Assembly: GCA_964414395.1 (NCBI GenBank)
Contig: CAYPWI010000001.1
Coordinates: forward strand, 1 to 41,794
DNA from: an uncultured Ruminococcus sp.
GTDB lineage: Bacteria > Bacillota > Clostridia > Oscillospirales > Ruminococcaceae
Length of the DNA: 41,794 bases
Reading direction: 5' to 3'
The notes under the pieces were generated by a model, which saw only the letters and a program-made list of their open reading frames with translations, searched no databases and was not told the DNA's origin. Shown here one piece after another: positions 26,800 to 35,577 of this stretch (its first letter is position 1; each line of letters starts with the position of its first letter). Position numbers and translations under genes: made by a program.

Positions 26800-26828
26800 A
26801 TTATACCACATCTTTCCCCCGATGTTAA
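26800..26828 (-). promoter_or_regulatory. Sigma-A promoter of PBP gene (extended -10)
   Basis: Minus strand TTAACA-17-TATAAT with TGTGG before the -10. Confidence 0.75.
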
Positions 26829-26878
26829 GTACTTTTTTCTGAAAAATCTATGAAAATGTAAAAAATGCCGAATAATTG

Positions 26879-26907
26879 TTGAAAAATAGGCTGCGTTCTT
26901 GTATAAT
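26879..26907 (+). promoter_or_regulatory. Sigma-A promoter of HAD gene
   Basis: TTGAAA-17-TATAAT. Confidence 0.75.
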
Positions 26908-26940
26908 TATAATAGTATGATGCCTGTCGGAGGGGATATT

Positions 26941-27624
26941 ATGATGTTTCCGCTTAAAAAAGGCGCGTTTTCCGCTGTGATGTTCGATATGGACGGAACG
27001 ATCTCGGACTCGTTTCAAGGGATATCGGGCGGGATATTGTACGCTTTGGAAAAACTTGGATACGACCTGCCCGAACGCGAGAGCCTGCGGAGTTTTATGG
27101 GACCGCCTCTGCTCGATCAGTTTATGAGGCAGTTCGGTATGGACGATAAGACCGCCGCCGAGGCGGTGCGGCTCTATCGCGAATATTACCCCGTCAAGGG
27201 CATTTATGAGCAGACTATGATGCCGGGCGCGGAAGAGACCGTTCGGTCACTAAAAGAGCACGGAGTGACCGTTTGTACCGCCACATCAAAGCCGCAGCCG
27301 TATGTGGAGATCGTTCTCAAAAATTACGGCATCGACAAATATTTCGATATCGTTGTTGGGGCGACCTTTGACGGGAAGCTCCAGAGCAAAAAAGACATAA
27401 TCGCCAAAGTTCTCGAGCTGTCAGGGAAGTCTCCCGCAAAATGTCTCATGGTAGGCGACCGCTGCTTCGATATAGAGGGCGCTCACGCGAACGGCGTGAA
27501 GTGCGCGGCGATGCTGTGCGGGTACGGTTCATTAAAGGAATTCGACAGCGCGGGCGCGGACTATATCATAAACGGGCTGATCGATGTACTGCGGATAGTT
27601 GATACTAATTCTCAATTAAAATAG
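26941..27624 (+). CDS. HAD-superfamily hydrolase (phosphoglycolate phosphatase / 5'-nucleotidase-like)
   Basis: FDMDGT motif I, ATSK, MVGDRCFDIEGA; GGAGGG SD. Confidence 0.93.
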   Translation: MMFPLKKGAFSAVMFDMDGTISDSFQGISGGILYALEKLGYDLPERESLRSFMGPPLLDQFMRQFGMDDKTAAEAVRLYREYYPVKGIYEQTMMPGAEETVRSLKEHGVTVCTATSKPQPYVEIVLKNYGIDKYFDIVVGATFDGKLQSKKDIIAKVLELSGKSPAKCLMVGDRCFDIEGAHANGVKCAAMLCGYGSLKEFDSAGADYIINGLIDVLRIVDTNSQLK

Positions 27625-27800
27625 GACAAAACTTTTTAGTTCGCCAAACGGAGAAGGGGCTTTTTGTCCGCCGACGGCTCGGCAGCAAAAAAGGCAAAAA
27701 AGTTTTATCCGCTTTTAATCGAAAAGTGTCCCGGGTCGCTTTAGCGACTAGCACACGCGCGCGGCATTTCCCCGCCAAGGATAAACACAAACCGACGGCT
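27601..27800. repeat. Intergenic palindromic element (MITE-like family, copy C) overlapping HAD stop codon
   Basis: TACTAATTCTCAATTAAAA identical to 10433; imperfect IR partner AAAAAGTTTTATCCGCTTTTAATCGAAAAGTGTC to 27730; shares CTTTTTGTCCG, GCCAAGG and ACAAACYGACGGCT with copy A. Confidence 0.7.
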
Positions 27801-27836
27801 CATCATCACTTTAAAGAGATAATAGAAAAGAGATTT

Positions 27837-28949
27837 TTACTGTTCACTGCCCGCATAGTAGGCGAGAATAAGCTCCGTCACTCTGTTGTAGCTCTTCACG
27901 CCGTCGGGCACGCCCTGCACCGTGATAAACGAATCGTTGACCGAGGTGGAAACTTCTTCCACCTCGCCCTCGTGAGCGTCTATGTATTCGTTCATCGCCG
28001 CGAAGTCGAGCCGCATACCGTTTGTGATGTACTGCTGCGTTTGTTCCCACAAGGAATGATCCGCGCCGTAAAGCTCATTGGAACAGAACGTGAGTGCTTC
28101 CATATACCCCGAGTAGCGAAACTCGGGGTATTCGCTGTTTACGCAGGAGAGGAACGCCAGGAAGTTGCACTCGTTCTCGAAAGCTATCCCTCTTGAGTGG
28201 GCGCTCTCGTGCGACGCTGTGAACGGTATGCCGTAGTCGGGCTGGGCGGTGTTGATATTACATTCCGCGAAGAACGGGAAGTACATCCCGACTATTCCCG
28301 TATACGACCACGCTTCCGACAGCATCACGGGCTTCTGCCTGAAAATGATCGTTTTCAAAAACGGATATTCGTCCGTGATATTGTCGTAGCCGCTGCCTGT
28401 CCGCGTGAGCTCGGTGAATATGCTCTCGGAGAACGTGAATTCCTCTTCATCGGAAATATTCAGCTCCGCGCGTGCTTCCGCCGCTCCCTCGGCGAGTATG
28501 ACGCAGACGTTGTAAAGATCGTCGTTGTTCTTTTGCGACATATCCAAATTCATAATCTTTTCCAGCGGATAGCGATAATAATTCGCGCCGTGGCATATCA
28601 TATACATAAGGCAGGCGATCGAGAGCGTGCCGCAGAAGATCTTCCCCGCGCCGAGCAGCGTTTTCGGGCGCGCTTTAGACTTCTTCATCTTCACTATAAG
28701 AAGAACGATGAGGAAAATCAGTATAGGCAGCGCCAGCACCAATGAAAGCTCCGTCAATGATATCGGTATCAGCGAGGTGATAAGACCCACGGGGTATGTA
28801 ACGATCTTGAAAAGTCCGCGCGAGCAGACATATTCCGTGAAGCCGGGGAAACGCGGCAGTAGGAAATACATCGCCGCCGCCAATATCAGCGGGATAAACA
28901 CCCAGAATTTTTTCAGGAACTTCTTCAATGGGAATTTTCCTTCCTTCAT
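27837..28949 (-). CDS. DUF3810-family membrane-associated putative zinc metallopeptidase
   Basis: N-terminal TMs, GANYYR, GMYFPFFAECNIN, HESAH (HExxH), ENECNF, FRYSGY. Confidence 0.88.
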   Translation of the reverse strand: MKEGKFPLKKFLKKFWVFIPLILAAAMYFLLPRFPGFTEYVCSRGLFKIVTYPVGLITSLIPISLTELSLVLALPILIFLIVLLIVKMKKSKARPKTLLGAGKIFCGTLSIACLMYMICHGANYYRYPLEKIMNLDMSQKNNDDLYNVCVILAEGAAEARAELNISDEEEFTFSESIFTELTRTGSGYDNITDEYPFLKTIIFRQKPVMLSEAWSYTGIVGMYFPFFAECNINTAQPDYGIPFTASHESAHSRGIAFENECNFLAFLSCVNSEYPEFRYSGYMEALTFCSNELYGADHSLWEQTQQYITNGMRLDFAAMNEYIDAHEGEVEEVSTSVNDSFITVQGVPDGVKSYNRVTELILAYYAGSEQ

Positions 28950-28962
28950 AATGATTTACCCC

Positions 28963-28991
28963 TTGACATATCGCGGGAATGATGTTAAAAT
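28963..28991 (+). promoter_or_regulatory. Sigma-A promoter
   Basis: TTGACA-17-TAAAAT with TG. Confidence 0.7.
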
Positions 28992-29031
28992 ATAAATGAG
29001 GTATTTTGTTTTTAAGGGGTGAAAAGGTAAA

Positions 29032-29628
29032 ATGCGTATCCTTCGGGAATTTCCCGATTGGAGAGATCAGTATGTCGCGGATGTTCATACGGCGAGGGAC
29101 GAGCTTGCGGAGAACAATTTTATCGCGGATCCCAAAACGCTTATTATGGAGATCTATTCTCTGCCCGCCGATCATCATCAGACGTTTTTCGTGCAAATGG
29201 CGTTTGAACACGGGCTTTATCGTATCTTCTCCGCGAAGGCTCTCCAGCGGTCGGTGTGGTTTTCTGACCCGTTATACGGGTATACGTTCGTTGAGGCTCT
29301 GTCCTTTAAGGACGACCCCAAACGAAAAGGTCAGATCCTTTGCGGCACTAAGATCGTTCGCCGCGACGCGGCGGAGCGTCTTTGCGGAATGGTGGAGAGG
29401 ATATCGGAAAGTCAGCCAGAATGTGCGGTGAGACCCGACAACAACTCCGATTTCAATTCTATCCGCGTTTTCGACAACGGAGAACTGCGCGGCGAGTATC
29501 TGTTCACCGACGCGTCGCTGCTCAGGCTCTCCACGGCTCATGATCGTGATGAGACCGTAAAATATCTCAATGACCTGCATTTAAAGGTCGAAGATATCAT
29601 CGGAAAAGGGTACTCCGATCCGTCATAA
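29032..29628 (+). CDS. Hypothetical protein
   Basis: 198-aa ORF filling the gap, AAAGG SD, own promoter; no family recognised. Confidence 0.72.
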   Translation: MRILREFPDWRDQYVADVHTARDELAENNFIADPKTLIMEIYSLPADHHQTFFVQMAFEHGLYRIFSAKALQRSVWFSDPLYGYTFVEALSFKDDPKRKGQILCGTKIVRRDAAERLCGMVERISESQPECAVRPDNNSDFNSIRVFDNGELRGEYLFTDASLLRLSTAHDRDETVKYLNDLHLKVEDIIGKGYSDPS

Positions 29629-29636
29629 AGGATAAT

Positions 29637-30092
29637 TTAAATGATCATACCGTTTTCGCACTCGAGTATTATGGTGAACGGTCCGTTGTTTACCAACTCC
29701 ACCCGCATATCCGCTCCGAAAATACCGCGCTCCGTGCGCGGTATTTCTTTTTGGCAAAGTTCGAGGAAGTATTCGTAAAGTCTGTTGGCTTCCTTGGGTT
29801 CTTTCGCTCTGAGGAAATCGGGGCGGTTGCCGTGTTTGCAGTTGGCGCAGAGCGTGAACTGTGAGATTATCAGCAGTTCTCCGCCCACATCTTTTAATGA
29901 GCGGTTGGTCTTGCCGTTTTCGTCAGAGAATATGCGAAGCCCTATCATCTTTTGGGCGAGCTTTTCACATTCAAGCTCCGTATCTTCCGAGACCACGCCC
30001 AAAAGCACCAGAAAACCTTTATTTATGCTGCCGACAGTTTTTCCCTCGACCGAGACCGAGGCGCTTTCCACTCTTTGAATGACTGCTTTCAT
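29637..30092 (-). CDS. dtd: D-aminoacyl-tRNA deacylase
   Basis: MKAVIQRV, LRIFSD, SQFTL, FGADMRVELVNNGPFT; TAATG overlap with upstream gene. Confidence 0.97.
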   Translation of the reverse strand: MKAVIQRVESASVSVEGKTVGSINKGFLVLLGVVSEDTELECEKLAQKMIGLRIFSDENGKTNRSLKDVGGELLIISQFTLCANCKHGNRPDFLRAKEPKEANRLYEYFLELCQKEIPRTERGIFGADMRVELVNNGPFTIILECENGMII

Positions 30093-31561
30093 TATCTGTG
30101 ACGACCTCCGCCGCCTCCGCTGCGGTGTCCGCCTCCGCCGCCGTGATGCCCGCCACCGCTCGAGGATTGGATGCGCACGCTGGTGGTGTATTCGCGGACG
30201 AACTGATCTACCTGGCGGTTTATGCGTGTGCGGTGTGTGTCTATATAGTGCGAGGCGCTGATGGGAGTTTTCTTTTTGTAACCTTTTGTTATGATCTTTA
30301 CGGCGATCAGGCTCACGATAACGCCCAGCACCGCCGACATAAAGATCGACGTTCCACTGACGTTGAACCTCGTCAGGAACTCGCCGAAGCCCGAGCCGAA
30401 CCACGTTATCGCGGCGCAGAAGCTTTTGCACGCGCCGAATAAGTCGTCCGGATCCTTGTCTATCGGCACATACAGGCGGTCGTATATATCGTCAAGCCTT
30501 CTGTTGAATAGATCGTAACCCCTGTCGGTGTAATAGATCTGATCTTGGAACGAACTGTACTTTGAAGCGCCGTGAGAGTTGAACATCAAGAGGGTTATCG
30601 AGTCGGAATACTCGCCGAACATCTTTTGGTGGAACTCTCTTACCAGACTTGTGTCGCTTTTTCCCCAAGATTCGTTGGTGATGATAATGCCGACATTGCA
30701 TTTTATCTTGTCGGCGGTCTCGGACATAAGCTCCAGAAGCTCCGCTTCCTGTTGGGATGTAAGGCAGCCGTCCTCGGAGCTGAAAAAGTCCGTCTCCAGC
30801 AGCGCCGCCTTAAATACGTGTCTCTCGGTCTTAACGCTGTCAAACGGGTCGTATGATTCCGTGGGAGTTTGTATAGGCGTCTGAGGCTTGCTCTCGGCGG
30901 GATTTTCGGTATCGGGATCTTTTTCGGGAGCGTCAAGATCCGCGTCGGGGTCGTTGTAAAGTTTTACCAGCGCCCTGCCGAAATTCATCGATGCGGTGAA
31001 ATAGGGGTTGCCTTTCCCGCTGCCGTTCAAGCCGTCCTGAACGTGTTTGTAGATCTTCGCGCCTTTGTTGGAATAAAGGTTTTTGGCGTAGCCCTCGAAG
31101 AGCATATTGTCAGAATAGACTTTACTTATGTACTCCTCGTTGTCGTGGACGTTCATAAACAGATATATAGCGCAGTCGGGGCTGTCAGATCTGCTGAACT
31201 CGCGCGCTTTGAACTGCTCGATGATATACTCGGGCGTAGATCCTTTCAGATCGTGTACTATGATTATCCCGATATTGCAGTATATTTTTTCTGCCATTTT
31301 CTGCAATTCGTTCAGCAGCAGATTTTCCTGGGCATTCGCAAGGCAGCCGTTTTCCGAATTATAAAAGTCCGCGTCGATAAGCGCCGCCTTATATCTTTCG
31401 CCGCGGCTCTGCGCCAGCTCCAGTATCTCATGAGGGCCGGTCGTGTCCAATATGATCTCCGAGCTTTCCGCGGCGCGGACATTCAGCGAAAACAGCGGCA
31501 GAAGCAATGTCATAAGCACGAGAGCCGCCGCGATAAGAGAAAATTTTCTTGTCTTAACCAA
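30092..31561 (-). CDS. Exported/membrane protein with two TPM-like domains and Gly-rich tail
   Basis: Signal peptide; internal duplication (KAAL...GCL...KI.CN.GIII); C-terminal TM then DQFVREYTT...SSSGGGHHGGGGG. Confidence 0.85.
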   Translation of the reverse strand: MVKTRKFSLIAAALVLMTLLLPLFSLNVRAAESSEIILDTTGPHEILELAQSRGERYKAALIDADFYNSENGCLANAQENLLLNELQKMAEKIYCNIGIIIVHDLKGSTPEYIIEQFKAREFSRSDSPDCAIYLFMNVHDNEEYISKVYSDNMLFEGYAKNLYSNKGAKIYKHVQDGLNGSGKGNPYFTASMNFGRALVKLYNDPDADLDAPEKDPDTENPAESKPQTPIQTPTESYDPFDSVKTERHVFKAALLETDFFSSEDGCLTSQQEAELLELMSETADKIKCNVGIIITNESWGKSDTSLVREFHQKMFGEYSDSITLLMFNSHGASKYSSFQDQIYYTDRGYDLFNRRLDDIYDRLYVPIDKDPDDLFGACKSFCAAITWFGSGFGEFLTRFNVSGTSIFMSAVLGVIVSLIAVKIITKGYKKKTPISASHYIDTHRTRINRQVDQFVREYTTSVRIQSSSGGGHHGGGGGHRSGGGGGRHR

Positions 31562-32642
31562 GGCAGCTACCTCCCAACAGCAGAGCGATGATGAACACCG
31601 TTAAGAATATCCCCGCGCCCAACAGAAATTTTTTCAGCTTGCTGACGGGAAGCTCTCCGAACATCGTGCCCGTCTGCCCGTTCATCGCGAACGAGTAGTC
31701 CTTATCCTTATATGTATAATTGAAAAACCACACGGGCAGCAGCGCGTAGATTATCTGCTGCTGGCGGTATGTCACCTGAACGCGCACATTCTCCAAAGAT
31801 GTATACACCGAAGTCAAGCGCCGAAGCTCCGCCTCCGCCGCCTTATGTATGCGTTCGTCGATGCGCTGAGAGGCGAGCGCCTTGTCAACGTCGTATTTCT
31901 CCGCGGGACAGCCCGACAGATAGGACATCGAAAACGGCTTGATCTCGGAATAATCGAACGGCTCGATGCTCTCCATAAGGCTGTCGTCGATGCGCTTGGA
32001 ACCGTCGCAGGGCACGCGTATAAACGCGAACTCCGCGTCGCGTTCCACATTATACAGCTTTGTATGAGTGTACCGTGTATTGCCGCTCGTCCAGCTTCTG
32101 ACGATCTTTCCCGTCGCGCCGAGATAGGAGTCTGTAAGTCCGCTCAGCAGCCAATACGGAACATACAGCGGAGATATCGTCTGTATCTTTACTTCTTCCC
32201 TGAATCCGTGCGGCAGCAGGAATTTTCCTTTAAGATATTCCCCGAACTTCCGCTCCGCCGTCTCCTTGGTCGTCGAGAACGGGATTATGAGCGACGGACG
32301 GTATTCTCCCGACAGCCGCCCCGAGAGTATAACGGGCGTGTGGCAGAAGTGGCATCTTGTAGACGCGGTCAGCGAATCGCAGATAACGCCCGCGCCGCAG
32401 TTGGGACACGAATAAAGCGCGCTCTGCCCCGTGAACTCCTCGGTCAGCTTCTGCTCCTCGTCAAGCTCGGGCTCGTCGGCGGAGAGATCTGTCGCCTCGT
32501 TGTCGTCCTTGAATATCCCGCGGATCTCTTCGTCCGTAAACGTGCTGTCGCAGAAAAAGCACCTGAATTTTCCCTGCGCGTTGTCGTATTCCAGCGCCGC
32601 CGCGCAGTTGGGGCAGCGGTAGACAATAGTCTTAACGTCCAT
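31554..32642 (-). CDS. Zinc-ribbon domain protein with C-terminal TM
   Basis: CPNC/CFFC and CPNC/CHFC pairs; PSLIIPF, YVPYW, ESIEPFDY, LLPVW, NGQTG. Confidence 0.88.
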   Translation of the reverse strand: MDVKTIVYRCPNCAAALEYDNAQGKFRCFFCDSTFTDEEIRGIFKDDNEATDLSADEPELDEEQKLTEEFTGQSALYSCPNCGAGVICDSLTASTRCHFCHTPVILSGRLSGEYRPSLIIPFSTTKETAERKFGEYLKGKFLLPHGFREEVKIQTISPLYVPYWLLSGLTDSYLGATGKIVRSWTSGNTRYTHTKLYNVERDAEFAFIRVPCDGSKRIDDSLMESIEPFDYSEIKPFSMSYLSGCPAEKYDVDKALASQRIDERIHKAAEAELRRLTSVYTSLENVRVQVTYRQQQIIYALLPVWFFNYTYKDKDYSFAMNGQTGTMFGELPVSKLKKFLLGAGIFLTVFIIALLLGGSCLG

Positions 32643-32658
32643 CTTAACTCCTTATTTA

Positions 32659-32853
32659 AATGGAAATTTCAAAACCGCGGTTCATTCCGCGCTTCGCTTC
32701 GCTCCGCGCGAAACGCGCCGCGAGCGGCGTTTTGAAATTTCACTGCACTCCATTGCGTTGATCTTTTTTAACTTAATTAAAAAAATTCGCAAAGCGCAAA
32801 GTTAGTGCTCGCTTCGCTGCGCGCGGAACGCCGCGTCAGCCGCTTTTGCGAAT
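32659..32853 (-). repeat. Palindromic leader element, copy 1
   Basis: GAAATTTCAAAA (32663-74) / TTTTGAAATTTC (32730-41); 35-nt block identical to copy 2. Confidence 0.85.
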
Positions 32854-32895
32854 TGCACGAGTTACCGGAATGTAATGCTTTTGCGGGGCGATCAA

Positions 32896-33002
32896 ATGCG
32901 CCGCTTTTGTGTTGTTCGTGCTGAAACGCGCATTTGATGCGCCACCTTTGTGTTGCTCCTGCTGAAACGCGCATTTGATGCGCCACCTTTGTGTTGCTCC
33001 TG
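32896..33002. repeat. 41-bp tandem repeat, about 2.6 copies, no spacers
   Basis: ATGCGCCACCTTTGTGTTGCTCCTGCTGAAACGCGCATTTG unit. Confidence 0.9.
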
Positions 33003-33025
33003 TCGTGGCTCTCGGAAGTGAGCCG

Positions 33026-33742
33026 TTAAGAATTTACCTTTATCTCACCGAGCACCTTGCCTATACTGTCACTTATCACCAATTCGGCGTTTTTGTCCGC
33101 GTTGGTGGGGGACTTGTTTATTACCACCAAATGCTTGCCGTTGAAATAATTCACGAAGCTCGCCGCGGGGTAGACCACCAGCGACGTTCCGCCTATTATC
33201 AGCGTGTCCGCCGTCATGATCTCCTTTATCGCCGTGTCTATATCGTCGCCGTTGAGGCTCTCCTCATACAGCACCACGTCGGGTTTTACTATACCGCCGC
33301 ACTTTGAGCACTTAGGCACGCCCTCATTCTCCACTATGTATTCAAGCGGGTAGAACTCCCGGCACTTCATGCAGTAATTGCGCATAACGCTGCCGTGTAG
33401 CTCGATAACGCGGCGGCTTCCCGCTTTCTGATGCAGTCCGTCGATGTTCTGAGTTATCACGCACGAGAGCTTTCCCGCTTTTTCAAGCTCTGCCAGCTTT
33501 AAGTGCGCGGCGTTGGGCTGAGCGTCCGCGAAGATCATTCTGTCCTTGTAGAACCGATAGAATTCTTCCGTATTTTCCGTGAAGAACGAGTGCGAGATGA
33601 TCTCCTCGGGCGGGAACTTGTACTTCTGATTATACAGCCCGTCCACGCTTCGGAAGTCGGGGATCCCGCTCTCCGTCGATACTCCCGCGCCGCCGAAAAA
33701 TACTATTCTTTTGCTGTCATCGATAATTTCCTGTAGATCCAT
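33026..33742 (-). CDS. cobB: NAD-dependent protein deacylase (Sir2 family)
   Basis: GAGVSTESGIPDFRS, TQNIDGLH, HGS, two CxxC, KPDVVLYEE, GTSLVVYPAA. Confidence 0.96.
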   Translation of the reverse strand: MDLQEIIDDSKRIVFFGGAGVSTESGIPDFRSVDGLYNQKYKFPPEEIISHSFFTENTEEFYRFYKDRMIFADAQPNAAHLKLAELEKAGKLSCVITQNIDGLHQKAGSRRVIELHGSVMRNYCMKCREFYPLEYIVENEGVPKCSKCGGIVKPDVVLYEESLNGDDIDTAIKEIMTADTLIIGGTSLVVYPAASFVNYFNGKHLVVINKSPTNADKNAELVISDSIGKVLGEIKVNS

Positions 33743-33758
33743 TTTACTCTCCTATCTG

Positions 33759-33904
33759 AATGGAAATTTCAAAAACGCAAAGCGCTTCGAGGTTCACTCG
33801 CATCGCCGTTAGCGGAACGCGCCGCGAGCGGCGTTTTGAAATTTCACTGCTCCCCGGTCTTTTGATTTTTTTTACAAAACTCCGCGTCAGCCGCTTTCGC
33901 GAAT
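33759..33904 (-). repeat. Palindromic leader element, copy 2
   Basis: GAAATTTCAAAA (33763-74) / TTTTGAAATTTC (33834-45); CCGCGTCAGCCGCTTTYGCGAAT shared with copy 1. Confidence 0.85.
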
Positions 33905-33969
33905 CGACTGCGTTTACACGGCGTTGTTTTTGCCATAGCGCAAAGCGCGCCGAAATTCTCCATTATCCA

Positions 33970-34641
33970 TTATACATTGTCAATTGATAACTCCCCGTCG
34001 GAAATGCGCACCAGTCTTTGCGCCTTTTTTGCCGTGTCCTCGTTATGCGTTATCATCACGACTGTTTTTCCGTTCTTGTTCAGTCCCGACAAAATCTCCA
34101 GGATCTCCGCACCCGAGCGGCTGTCCAGGTTGCCGCAGGGTTCGTCCGCCAGAATGATCTGTGGGTCGGCGGCTATCGCCCTCGCTATCGCCACCCTTTG
34201 CTGCTGCCCGCCCGATAATTCCGACGGGCGGTGAAGCGCTCTGTCCGATAATCCCACGCTCTCGAGTGCCTTCAGCGCCGCCTCGCTCCGCTTCTTCTTG
34301 GGGACCTTCCGATACAGCAGCGGCAGCTCCACATTCTCAAGCGCCGTAAGCCCCGGAATGAGATTAAAGCTCTGAAAAATAAACCCGATCTTGCGGCTCC
34401 GTATATCGGATAACGCGTTGTCGGGCAGCTCGCCCACGTTCTCGCCGTCGAGATAATAGCTCCCGGAGGTGGGGGTATCGAGGCAGCCGAGAATGTTCAT
34501 CAGCGTGGACTTCCCCGAACCCGACGTTCCCACGACCGTGACATATTCCCCGTCGTCTATATCCAATGAAACGCCGTTCAGCGCGCGTACCGTCACGCCT
34601 CCCACCGTGTAGAACTTGCAAAGATCGCGGATATTTATCAT
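33970..34641 (-). CDS. ABC transporter ATP-binding protein (LolD/MacB type)
   Basis: GTSGSGKSTLMNILG, IGFIFQSFNL, LSGGQQQRVAIARA, ILADEP; GGAGGG SD. Confidence 0.96.
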   Translation of the reverse strand: MINIRDLCKFYTVGGVTVRALNGVSLDIDDGEYVTVVGTSGSGKSTLMNILGCLDTPTSGSYYLDGENVGELPDNALSDIRSRKIGFIFQSFNLIPGLTALENVELPLLYRKVPKKKRSEAALKALESVGLSDRALHRPSELSGGQQQRVAIARAIAADPQIILADEPCGNLDSRSGAEILEILSGLNKNGKTVVMITHNEDTAKKAQRLVRISDGELSIDNV

Positions 34642-34755
34642 AGCGCCCTCCGTATCAATAATATATGCCGTATTTCTTTTTTCTTTCCCCGCCCGCGGCT
34701 CGGAAAGAAAAGGCTGATAATTATTGTGGCGGGTTTGCGCCGATTTATTCAATAT

Positions 34756-35574
34756 TTAAAGTGCGTCCAGAATATCCGCGATATATGAGTATTCCTTGAA
34801 GTCCGAGAACAGGCGGCTGTGACATTTTTCGATAAAATCACGCTTCCATTCGGGATTATCGCGCATCGCCTGCTTCGCGCCCCACAGGTGCGTGAAATCG
34901 CTCTGCGGGCGGAAAAGCTCGTCCTTATCCAGCAGCGTTTTTACGGGCGTTCCCGTATACTCCGCGCACATAGCGGCAAGGCGCTGTTCGGCGAACACCA
35001 TATATTTGAGAAAATCGGGTGTGCGCTCGGCGGACTTCATAAACGCTATCGCTTGTGAGGTGTAGAATTCCTTGAAGTCGTTGTCGGGAACATAGAAGAA
35101 CGCGGTGTTCAGCGGCAGCACTTCCTCGCTGAACGGCGGGATAATATGATTTTTCGTCTTGAAGAACGACAGGGGCGGATATATCCCGTCCGAGATATTT
35201 TCTCTATGCGCGGCGATGATCTCCTTGCCAAATTCCAGCTTCTTCCAGACGATGAAGTCCGTGTCTATCATCGCCACAGGCGCTTGGACGCTTCTCAGCG
35301 CGAGAATTTTTCCGCCCGCCCAGAACATCAGCGGGTCTATCCCTTCGAGATCGTCCGCTATGCAGATGTTTATGCCGTTCCAGATATTGGATATTCCGAT
35401 ATCGCGGTAATATTCCGCGCAAACGCTGTCGGCACAGAGCGTTATCTCACCGTTGTACTTTCTCCAGCAGAGCGCCGAGAGCACGGTACACCAGAGGTCG
35501 AAATCCTCCGCGGAATACTCGGTCTTTCCCTTAGCGAACGCAGGCGCTGAGGACGCTATATGAATGGCGTTCAT
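34756..35574 (-). CDS. Uncharacterised DxD-motif (GT-A-like) protein, resembles DUF6734
   Basis: FWAGGKILAL, MIDTDFIVW, LNTAF, MVFAEQRL, HLWG. Confidence 0.7.
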   Translation of the reverse strand: MNAIHIASSAPAFAKGKTEYSAEDFDLWCTVLSALCWRKYNGEITLCADSVCAEYYRDIGISNIWNGINICIADDLEGIDPLMFWAGGKILALRSVQAPVAMIDTDFIVWKKLEFGKEIIAAHRENISDGIYPPLSFFKTKNHIIPPFSEEVLPLNTAFFYVPDNDFKEFYTSQAIAFMKSAERTPDFLKYMVFAEQRLAAMCAEYTGTPVKTLLDKDELFRPQSDFTHLWGAKQAMRDNPEWKRDFIEKCHSRLFSDFKEYSYIADILDAL

Positions 35575-35577
35575 GTT

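Noticed and set aside
32896-33002. Possible CRISPR array
   Set aside because: Units are contiguous with no unique spacers; no cas genes in window
33026-33742. Sir2 anti-phage effector (Thoeris/DSR type)
   Set aside because: Standalone 238-aa canonical zinc-binding deacylase with no fused or adjacent defence partner
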